This document shows positions 56,415 through 64,000 of a DNA stretch of 64,000 nt, piece by piece (positions within the stretch are counted from its first letter, which is position 1; every line of letters begins with the position of its first letter). The notes under the pieces were generated by a model, which was not told the DNA's origin, searched no databases, and saw nothing but the letters and a program-made list of their open reading frames with translations. Source of the DNA: an uncultured Verrucomicrobiae bacterium (lineage in GTDB: Bacteria; Verrucomicrobiota; Verrucomicrobiia; Limisphaerales; Palsa-1400); the NCBI GenBank assembly GCA_963707025.1, contig CAVPOM010000018.1:640001-704000 (forward strand), in the 5' to 3' direction. The position numbers and the translations under genes are program-made.

Positions 56415-56635
56415 GGCTGAATCGCCTGGCCGATGCACTCCGGCGGCGGAGAGGCTTGGGCGAATTCCAGCAAAGCAAGCTTTTTGAGTTTGCCGGGCGA
56501 GAGGCGCGGCCGGATTCTGCGGCGCGCGAGGCGCTTGGGTTCCAGCTTCTTCCATAGTCGTTCATCGGCATTAAATTGGTCCAGCAATCGCTGGGTTGGC
56601 CTCTGATCCGGCGGCAGATTAGCGTATGGTCTCAT
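56411..56635 (-). CDS. Small basic hypothetical protein
   Basis: 74 aa; ATGA overlap with the ORF6N start. Confidence 0.5.
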   Translation of the reverse strand: MRPYANLPPDQRPTQRLLDQFNADERLWKKLEPKRLARRRIRPRLSPGKLKKLALLEFAQASPPPECIGQAIQP

Positions 56636-56666
56636 GGGGTTATAGTGACAAGAGCTTCGATGTCGG

Positions 56667-57083
56667 TCAAGCGGGAGTGCCACCGAGCCAGTGGATTTTA
56701 ATCTCCTTTTCCAGCGGCTTGAACTCAGGGTCGCCGGTGACGAGTTCGGTTTTCTTTTCCTTGGCCAGCGCGGCGGCAAAGGCATCGGCCAGGCTCATTT
56801 TGAAACGGGCTTTGAAGTTGGCCGCCAAATCGGCCAGGCGGCGGTCGGCGGGATGAAATTCTATCGGCGCGGCTTTTAATTCTTTGGCGATGGCCGCCCA
56901 GGCGGCGTCGCCGTCCTTCATGCGCACAATGTATTGCACCTCGGCGTAGTTTACCTCGGTCATGTGGACCGGTTGGTCGCGCTGGCCGGCGCGTTCGAGG
57001 AGCAGCGATACCGCCTCCCCGCCCGGTTCATCCCGGAACAGCGCCAGGAGCGCGAAACTATCGAGAACCGGTGCTGCGGGCAT
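56667..57083 (-). CDS. PIN-domain VapC toxin
   Basis: VLDSFALL, NYAEV, SLADAF, VTGDPEF. Confidence 0.9.
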   Translation of the reverse strand: MPAAPVLDSFALLALFRDEPGGEAVSLLLERAGQRDQPVHMTEVNYAEVQYIVRMKDGDAAWAAIAKELKAAPIEFHPADRRLADLAANFKARFKMSLADAFAAALAKEKKTELVTGDPEFKPLEKEIKIHWLGGTPA

Positions 57084-57351
57084 ATTTGGCCTCCTCCAGT
57101 TGTTTTTCCGCGCGTTTGTGCTCCGCCATTTCCTCCGCCAGCGGCTTTGCGCCCGGTTTGCGTTTCAGAATGCCCCGCAACCGCCGGATGGTCACCGCCG
57201 TGACCGGTTTCAGCAGAATGCCATCCTCCGTGGCCTCGACAATGGCCTTGGTGCCGTCTTCAATGTGGAATTGTTTGCGCAGGCGCAGCGGGATCACCAC
57301 CTGGCCTTTGGTGGTGAACCAGACCGCATTGGCGCTTTCAGTCATACTCAT
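57058..57351 (-). CDS. AbrB-family VapB antitoxin
   Basis: TTKGQVVIPLRLRK; operator-like ATGTTC...GAACAT at 57350-57372. Confidence 0.88.
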   Translation of the reverse strand: MSMTESANAVWFTTKGQVVIPLRLRKQFHIEDGTKAIVEATEDGILLKPVTAVTIRRLRGILKRKPGAKPLAEEMAEHKRAEKQLEEAKYARSTGSR

Positions 57352-57696
57352 GTTCAGAATATGACAGAACATAGAAACTCCGTCAATGGAAAAATGTGGG
57401 AATTTTAAAATTATTCTTACTTCAGGGCGTTTTCAATCTTGGCTTGCACAGCGCCTCGCTCCTTCGATTTCGGCCAGGCGGGGACGCCACAAAGCCGTAT
57501 CCGTTAAATAATGCAGGAGGATTTCAACGCAAAGGCGCGAAGGCGCAAGGACGCAATGAGGATTTTGCCCGGGGCAGTTCGGGTCGCCCATCGCTGAGCC
57601 TTGGTCAGGGATCACGTTTTGCTTCCTGGCCCTGCGCCTTCGCGTCTCTGCGTCTTTGCGTTAAGACCGGATTGCATCTTAAGAGCCAAGCCAGTT

Positions 57697-57807
57697 GATT
57701 TTGATTTCATTCGCCGGCGGCTGGAACTCCGGGGCGGCGGTGGCAGAAAGGAGATTAGGATTAGGATTACGATTAAGATTAGGAGAGGAGGCGGCAGGTT
57801 GCGCTTC
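57697..57807 (+). repeat. Direct repeat of 58580-58678 with a variable number of hexamer units
   Basis: Near-identical flanks; five versus three GATTAN units (111 versus 99 bp). Confidence 0.88.
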
Positions 57808-57926
57808 ATGAGCCGGGCGCGCGGCGCCCCGCGATTGCCCGCCCCGGAAACTGCCCCCGATCCAGCGCCTTTTATTCAGTCGTCACTCTCACACCGGGGT
57901 TGGTTTGTTGCCCGGCGTTCCCGGTC

Positions 57927-58163
57927 TCAATGGGCCACCGGCGCGAAGGGACGGGCATGATGAATCTCGTTGCGCGACAGTGGGCGAATTTGAGCCGCCG
58001 AAACTTTTGTGACCGCAACGGTAGAACCGTCGAAAGTGGTGAACTCGACCGTGAAATTCTTGCCGCCCTTGTAAACGTGGACGACCGCCCCCACATCACC
58101 CGCCGTGAGTCCATGCTCAGGCAGGTTCGCGGTCAACGCCACACAATCAAGTTCAGAAATCAT
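57927..58163 (-). CDS. DUF4926-like small protein
   Basis: ELDCVALTANLPEHGLTAGDVGAVVHVY...VEFTT. Confidence 0.8.
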   Translation of the reverse strand: MISELDCVALTANLPEHGLTAGDVGAVVHVYKGGKNFTVEFTTFDGSTVAVTKVSAAQIRPLSRNEIHHARPFAPVAH

Positions 58164-58390
58164 GCTTGCAAAGGGTAGGCTGTAACGAAGCGTGGCGCAA
58201 GCTCGCCGTTTTCGAGAAGCCAGACCGCGCGCACATGGGGTTCCCGCCCCGAAGGGGTCATCAGCCTGCCTTCGATGACGTAAGTGATGCCGTCCGCGTC
58301 TTGCAATGTGTCAGCCACAGGATTGGCTTTCGCGTGTCCACGCAATGCGCCTTCCAATACCTGCCATTGCTCGCGATGAAAGCCGAACCT
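58160..58390 (-). pseudogene. DUF6883-like protein, 5'-truncated
   Basis: FGFHREQWQVLEGALRGHA...VRAVW...PRFVTAYP; no in-frame full N-terminus. Confidence 0.65.
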
Positions 58391-58759
58391 TTTTCATTCC
58401 AAGTCTGGCCAATCAGTAAATACGAATTCCGTTGCATCCCTTTTTGTATCCCTGCCCGCGTTTATGCTGCAAAAAAACCGCCAGTCGGAGCAAAAGACGA
58501 AAGCGTATAAACCATTGAATTTACGAGGGAAATCAGTGGCAGCACCGCAGAGCAAAACCCGGCAAAAAATGCGTCTTTGGATTTTGATTTCATTCGCCGG
58601 CGGCTGGAACTCCGCGGCGGCGGTGGCAGAAAGGAGATTAGGATTAAGATTAGGAAAGGAGGCGGCAGGTTGCGCTTCCTCACCCAGGCGCGCGCGAAGA
58701 CAGGAAAACTTTTTGCGCCTTTGCACCCTTGCGACTTTGCGTTATCAATTCCTTGAGAC

Positions 58760-60025
58760 ATGCAGATCGAACTGATCAATACGGGCGCGGAACTGCTGGT
58801 CGGGCGCGTCCTCAACACCCACCAGCAATGGCTTTGCCGCCAGTTGACCGACTTGGGCTACGAGGTCTCGCGCCAAGTTTGTGTGCCCAACGATGTCCGG
58901 CAAATCCAGGACGCCCTGCAGGAGTCGCTCGCGCGGGCGGATCTGATCATCACCACCGGGGGTTTGGGCCCCACCAGCGACGACCTGACCCGGGATGTGG
59001 TCGCGCAAGTGCTCCGCCGAAAACTTGTCCCGCACAAGGCCACCCTCGCCGCGATCGAACAATTCTTCGCCGCGCGCCACCGGCCGATGCCGGCCAATGT
59101 GCAAGTCCAGGCCATGATTCCCGCAGGCGCAACTGTTCTGCCCAATCCCAACGGCACGGCGCCCGGGCTGGCCTTGGAGACCATCCCCGGCAAACAGTGC
59201 CTCATTGTTCTGCCCGGCCCGCCGCGCGAATTGCGGCCCATGTTCCTGCGTTCCGTCGTTCCACTGTTGCGCCGGAAATTTCCCGCCCCCTCCAAATTCT
59301 TATGCCGCACCATCAAAACCACCGGCTTGGGCGAATCGGTCGTCGAAGAAAAGATTGCCGTGGCGTTACAACCGCTGGTCCGCAACGGTCTGCAACTGGC
59401 CTATTGCGCCCGCGTCGGCGAAGTGGATGTGCGGCTGGCTGCGCGCGGCGATAAAGCCGGCGCTCTCCTGGCCGAAGGCACGCGCCGGGTCAGGAAAATG
59501 CTGGGCCGGGTGATTTTCGGGAAAGACGACGACTCGCTGGAATCGGTGCTGGTTGACCTCCTGACCCGCCGCAAGAAGACGCTGGCCGTTGCCGAATCCT
59601 GCACGGGCGGCTACCTCGCCCATCGCCTGACCAATGTTCCCGGATCCAGCGCGGTCTTTCTTGGCGGCGTGGTTGCCTACAGCAACCAGGTCAAACAAGA
59701 CGTGTTGGGAGTCCGAGCGGAGACCTTGCGCGAGCATGGGGTGGTGAGCGAAGCAGTGGCGCGGGAAATGGCCGAGGGGGCGCGCCGACTCTTCCGGGCC
59801 GACTACGCGCTGGCGGTGACCGGCATAGCGGGGCCAGGCGGCGGCACGCCGGATAAGCCGGTCGGCACCGCCTACATCGCATTGTCCGAGAAAAAGGGAA
59901 CGACTGTCCAAAATCAGTACAGTCCGGTGGATCGTAAGACATTTAAATTCGCCATTTCCCAGCGCGCGCTGGATCTCCTGCGCCAAGCGTTGCCCGGAAG
60001 GGTTGACCGCGCCATGAGGCCATAA
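58760..60025 (+). CDS. cinA: Competence/damage-inducible protein A
   Basis: NTGAELL, TGGLGPTSDDLT, GTAPG, LPGPP, AESCTGG, TGIAGPGGG. Confidence 0.93.
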   Translation: MQIELINTGAELLVGRVLNTHQQWLCRQLTDLGYEVSRQVCVPNDVRQIQDALQESLARADLIITTGGLGPTSDDLTRDVVAQVLRRKLVPHKATLAAIEQFFAARHRPMPANVQVQAMIPAGATVLPNPNGTAPGLALETIPGKQCLIVLPGPPRELRPMFLRSVVPLLRRKFPAPSKFLCRTIKTTGLGESVVEEKIAVALQPLVRNGLQLAYCARVGEVDVRLAARGDKAGALLAEGTRRVRKMLGRVIFGKDDDSLESVLVDLLTRRKKTLAVAESCTGGYLAHRLTNVPGSSAVFLGGVVAYSNQVKQDVLGVRAETLREHGVVSEAVAREMAEGARRLFRADYALAVTGIAGPGGGTPDKPVGTAYIALSEKKGTTVQNQYSPVDRKTFKFAISQRALDLLRQALPGRVDRAMRP

Positions 60026-60239
60026 AGCCCATATAATGGCGCCTCCATCCTGGCAAAAGGGTTCTGCACAAGGCACAAGTTGCTCTGCCAGTGGGACATG
60101 GGACTATTGTCCGCCCTGGCTGCGGGCGGCCGCCGGCACTTTTGCGGACGAGTTCAGCGTGGTGCCAGCCGGTTTGGCCGGACGCTTTGGGATTTGGGGT
60201 GTGTTGGATTGTGAGGAAGCTTGCATGAGGGGTTGCTAT

Positions 60240-60255
60240 TGGCATGGGGGGTGCT
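60240..60255 (+). promoter_or_regulatory. Putative sigma54 (-24/-12) promoter for the pilin gene
   Basis: TGGCATG-N4-GTGCT with GG and GC separated by 10 nt. Confidence 0.5.
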
Positions 60256-60361
60256 AAATTGAGAGTTGCGGTTGCAAAAGGCAATCAGTGAGCATGATTG
60301 TATTCATCTAAAACCCGCCTTTTGCATTGTTCACGCCGCATCAGAAAGGGTCCTAATAACT

Positions 60362-60739
60362 ATGCAAAATAAGACAAGCCGCAAGGCAGGGTTCACGCTG
60401 GTTGAGATCATGATCGTTGTCGCCATTATCGGCCTGTTGGCTGCCATCGCGATTCCGAACTTCGTTCGCGCCCGCACCACCTCGCAGACCAACGCCTGCA
60501 TCAGCAACCTCCGTATCATTGACGGAGCCAAGGGCCAGTGGGCCTTGGAAGTACACAAGCAAAACACCGATACACCTGCCGGCACGGATATTCAGCCCTA
60601 CATGGGCCGTGGATCCGCCGGTGAACTGCCCGTTTGCCCGAATGACTCGGCGCAAACCTTTGCCACCAGCTACAGCGCCAACAGTGTTGGCGTCAAACCG
60701 ACCTGCAACATCGTGCCGGCTACACACAGTCTGCCGTAA
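60362..60739 (+). CDS. Type IV pilin-like protein
   Basis: Class III signal KAG|FTLVEIMIVVAIIGLLAAIAIPNF. Confidence 0.9.
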   Translation: MQNKTSRKAGFTLVEIMIVVAIIGLLAAIAIPNFVRARTTSQTNACISNLRIIDGAKGQWALEVHKQNTDTPAGTDIQPYMGRGSAGELPVCPNDSAQTFATSYSANSVGVKPTCNIVPATHSLP

Positions 60740-60779
60740 GGCAACTCTTCAGTCTTGATCGCTGAGATCGAGACGCTGC

Positions 60780-60810
60780 AAAAGGTCCGGGAGAAATCCC
60801 GGACCTTTTT
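60780..60810. terminator. Intrinsic (bidirectional) terminator
   Basis: AAAAGGTCCGGGA-GAAA-TCCCGGACCTTTTT. Confidence 0.85.
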
Positions 60811-61160
60811 CTTTGGCCCGCCCCCGCCCGGGCCAAGGCGGGTCGCTGGTGCCGCCAACCGCTCCGCAAAACGGGCGTCCACGATTGCAGCGGCGGTCCA
60901 TGACCGCCGCAGATTGGGGATGAACGCAATTTGGCGAGGAATAATAATGCGGGGGTCATAGACCGCCGCCGCCTGGGTGGGCGCCGGAAAGGGGATTGCC
61001 ATCCCTGCCACTCGCGAACATTTCTTGGGAAAAAGTCGCGGCTCAACGGAGTCTCCCCCTGCCGTCGTGCGGCGGGTCCCGATAATTCGGGACCCGCCCT
61101 ACCGTCCAAAACTGCAATATCGTCATTTGACTTTTTGCGCAGGAAGGCGAATATATTCGG

Positions 61161-61709
61161 ATGAAAGTTGTCTTATCCTTGCTCTGTGTCCTGCTGGCCG
61201 CCCAGATGGCGGGCGCGGCCGACATTCAGGACATCAAACTCAACGACATAAACGACAAGCCCACCTCGCTGAAGGCTTACGCCGGCAAAGTCGTCCTGCT
61301 GGTCAACGTCGCCTCCCTCTGCGGCAACACCCCGCAGTACAAGGGCCTGGAGGCCATGTACGAAAAATATAAGGACAAGGGATTGGTTGTGGTGGGCGTG
61401 CCTTGCAACGATTTCAGAGCGCAGGAGCCGGGAACGGCCGCGGAAATTGTCAAATTCTGCACGGACAATTACCACGTCACGTTCCCGCTCATGGCGAAAA
61501 TCCATGTCAAAGGGGCCGAACAACATCCCCTGTATGCCGCCCTGACCAAAGACCCCGCGATCCCCGGCGCCAAGGGCGACATAGATTGGAACTTCGCCAA
61601 ATTCGTGATTGGCCGCGATGGCAAACCGATCAAGCGTTTCGCCAGCAGAGTGCAGCCCGAGAACGCGGACCTGGTGCAAACGGTGGAAACGGCGCTGGCG
61701 GCCAAGTGA
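61161..61709 (+). CDS. Glutathione peroxidase family protein (signal peptide)
   Basis: LVNVASLCG, VPCNDF, QEPG, WNFAKF. Confidence 0.92.
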   Translation: MKVVLSLLCVLLAAQMAGAADIQDIKLNDINDKPTSLKAYAGKVVLLVNVASLCGNTPQYKGLEAMYEKYKDKGLVVVGVPCNDFRAQEPGTAAEIVKFCTDNYHVTFPLMAKIHVKGAEQHPLYAALTKDPAIPGAKGDIDWNFAKFVIGRDGKPIKRFASRVQPENADLVQTVETALAAK

Positions 61710-61823
61710 AAGCGGGATCATGCCAGGGCCAGGCACCACCGGGGCAATGGCCCCGGGCGGGGGGAATTTTCGTCCGCCAGGAATAAAGCTTGAGCGGAAG
61801 CCAAAAAAAACTAAGCTAACCCC

Positions 61824-62126
61824 ATGTCTAAGGTTAAACACATTGTCCTGTTCAAGTTCAAAGAGGGAACGACCGAAGAACAAACCAACAAGTTCTTCGA
61901 GGAGGTTCTGGATTTGTCGGAATCAGTGCCGGGCATAGACGACTACGTCTCCGGCGCCTGCTGCAGCGCGGAGGGCCGCAACCAGGGGCTGACGCACGGG
62001 TTCATCATGACCTTTGCCGACGCCGCCGCGCGCGACGCCTACCTGGTGCATCCGGAACACGAACGCTTCAAGACCGGCGCGCTCCCCCTGTTGGAGAACA
62101 TCCTCATCTTCGATTTTGAGGTGTAA
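61824..62126 (+). CDS. Dabb-family stress-responsive alpha/beta barrel
   Basis: KHIVLFKFK, THGFIMTF, YLVHPEH. Confidence 0.88.
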   Translation: MSKVKHIVLFKFKEGTTEEQTNKFFEEVLDLSESVPGIDDYVSGACCSAEGRNQGLTHGFIMTFADAAARDAYLVHPEHERFKTGALPLLENILIFDFEV

Positions 62127-62129
62127 TTA

Positions 62130-63950
62130 GTGAGGCGACGCACCCACCACTGCAACCAATTGCGTTGCGCTGACGCCGGGCAATCCGTCGTCCTGTCCGG
62201 CTGGGTTCATTCCCGGCGCGACCTGGGCGGGGTGATCTTTATTGATGTCCGCGACCGGGAAGGCCGCACCCAGACGGTGTTTGATCCGTCGGATTTGCCC
62301 AAGGAACTGTTTGAGCGCGCCGCCTCCTTGCGCAGCGAATGCGTCGTCACCATCTCCGGCAAGGTCCGCGCACGCCCCGCGGGCACGAACAATTCCAAAA
62401 TCCCGACGGGCGAAATCGAAGTCGCCGCCAAGGACCTTGAAGTGCTGAACATGGCGGAGGTTCTGCCTTTTCCAGTGGACGACCCGGAAATCGCCCGCTC
62501 GGTCAACGAAGAGCTGCGGCTGCAATATCGCTACCTGGACCTGCGCCGGCCGGAAATGGCGCGCCACCTGCGTCTGCGCAGCCAGGTGGCCGCGGCCACA
62601 CGGGCGTATATGGACGGGCAGGGCTTCATCGAGGTGGAGACGCCCATTCTTTTCAAATCCACGCCCGAGGGCGCGCGGGAATTTCTGGTGCCCAACCGGC
62701 GCGAGCCGGGCACTTTTTACGCCCTGCCGCAATCGCCGCAGCAATTCAAACAAATGCTCATGGTGGCCGGCGTGGAAAAGTATTACCAAATCGCCCGCTG
62801 CTTCCGCGACGAGGATCAGCGGGCGGACCGGCAACTGGAATTCACCCAACTGGACCTGGAGATGAGCTTCATCGAGCGTGAGGACATTTATGCGCTGATC
62901 GAAGGGCTGCTGGTGCGCATCTGGAAACTGGCGCTGAACATCGAGGTGCCGGCGCCCTTCCCGCGCCTGACCTTTCAGGAAGCGCTCAACCGCTATGGCA
63001 GCGACAAGCCGGACACCCGCTTCGGCCTGGAGCTGGGCGATTTCACGGAGGAATTTCGGGCCAGCACCTTCAAGGTTTTCAGCGGCGCCATTTCCGCCGG
63101 CGGGGTGGTCAAGGCCCTCAACGCCAAGGGCCTGGCCGGGGTCACGCAGGGGCAGATCGAAACCATGACCGAGTATGCCAAAAGCTTCGGCGCGCGCGGC
63201 CTGGCCTATATCAAGGTGGAAAAAGGCGAATGGAAATCGCCCATCGTCAAGTTCTTCAACGCCGCCGAAAAAGCGGCGCTGGCGGAGAAATTGAAAATCG
63301 AGGAAGGCGACCTGATTCTATTCGCCGCCGACCAATGGCTCAACGCCTGCGAAATCCTGGGCAAAATCCGCCTTTATTGCGCCGAAGTCCTCAAGGGCCA
63401 GGGCAAGCTGGCCATTGCCGGCGACCAGTTCCATTTCCTTTGGGTCATCGAGTTTCCGCTGCTCGGTTTTGACCGCGAACAAAACCGCTGGTATTCCAGC
63501 CATCATCCCTTCACCGCGCCGGTCACCGCGGACATCCCGCTGCTGGGGAGCGACCCGAAAAAGGTGCGCGGCCAGCACTACGACATCGTGGTCAACGGCA
63601 CGGAACTGGGCGGCGGCTCCATCCGCATCCACCAGCCGGAAGTGCAGAAACTGATCTTCGAGCAACTGCTGCAAATCCCGCCCAACGTGGTCAAAGCCCG
63701 CTTCGGCTACATGCTGGAGGCCTTCAAATACGGCGCCCCGCCCCACGGCGGCATTGCGCTGGGCTTCGACCGCATGGTGGCCATGCTGTGCGGCGTCTCC
63801 AGCATCCGCAACGTCATCGCCTTCCCCAAGACGGCCAAAGGCACCGACCTGATGACTGACGCGCCCGCGCGGGTGGAAGAAAAACAACTGCGGGAACTGC
63901 ACCTCGAACTCAGAGCGGCCAGGAAAGAAAGCCCCGAGCCACCCCGCTGA
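62130..63950 (+). CDS. aspS: Aspartate--tRNA ligase
   Basis: RTHHC, RRDLGG, ALPQSPQ, CFRDED, HHPFT, PPHGGIALG. Confidence 0.97.
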   Translation: MRRRTHHCNQLRCADAGQSVVLSGWVHSRRDLGGVIFIDVRDREGRTQTVFDPSDLPKELFERAASLRSECVVTISGKVRARPAGTNNSKIPTGEIEVAAKDLEVLNMAEVLPFPVDDPEIARSVNEELRLQYRYLDLRRPEMARHLRLRSQVAAATRAYMDGQGFIEVETPILFKSTPEGAREFLVPNRREPGTFYALPQSPQQFKQMLMVAGVEKYYQIARCFRDEDQRADRQLEFTQLDLEMSFIEREDIYALIEGLLVRIWKLALNIEVPAPFPRLTFQEALNRYGSDKPDTRFGLELGDFTEEFRASTFKVFSGAISAGGVVKALNAKGLAGVTQGQIETMTEYAKSFGARGLAYIKVEKGEWKSPIVKFFNAAEKAALAEKLKIEEGDLILFAADQWLNACEILGKIRLYCAEVLKGQGKLAIAGDQFHFLWVIEFPLLGFDREQNRWYSSHHPFTAPVTADIPLLGSDPKKVRGQHYDIVVNGTELGGGSIRIHQPEVQKLIFEQLLQIPPNVVKARFGYMLEAFKYGAPPHGGIALGFDRMVAMLCGVSSIRNVIAFPKTAKGTDLMTDAPARVEEKQLRELHLELRAARKESPEPPR

Positions 63951-64000
63951 ATATTACAGTGTCGCTACCGCCTCAGTGACGGCGGGAAAACGGGCCATGA

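Overview
GC-rich bacterial window. Gene content and repeat types suggest Verrucomicrobiota/PVC, but this is an inference. Housekeeping and catabolic genes include lpxB, a sugar-acid operon, split pta, hisC, rhaT, ptsI, a GH9, galM, cinA, a pilin and aspS. Accessory material between them includes: (1) two near-identical 1903-bp IS4-family elements, each carrying a divergent passenger gene and each inserted into the same 12-bp core of a REP-like hairpin; (2) a ~15-kb uncharacterised redox cluster with a HydC/HydB-like NuoEF fusion, a GltD-like Fe-S flavoprotein lacking a catalytic domain, a membrane polyferredoxin, Tat-exported Fe-S and propeller proteins, two PQQ-like propellers and a Rid/chorismatase-like protein; (3) an orphan FabF-like ketosynthase in an apparent operon with two sensor kinases; (4) several small islands of toxin-antitoxin and nuclease genes bracketed by short terminal remnants of former neighbours (type III mod/res ends, a C-protein with C-boxes, a vsr start, four copies of a vapC 3' end, a duplicated araD1/dehydrogenase junction). 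Many single-base frameshifts, including in housekeeping genes, point to sequencing indel errors. Family assignments come from motif recognition only; no database searches were run.
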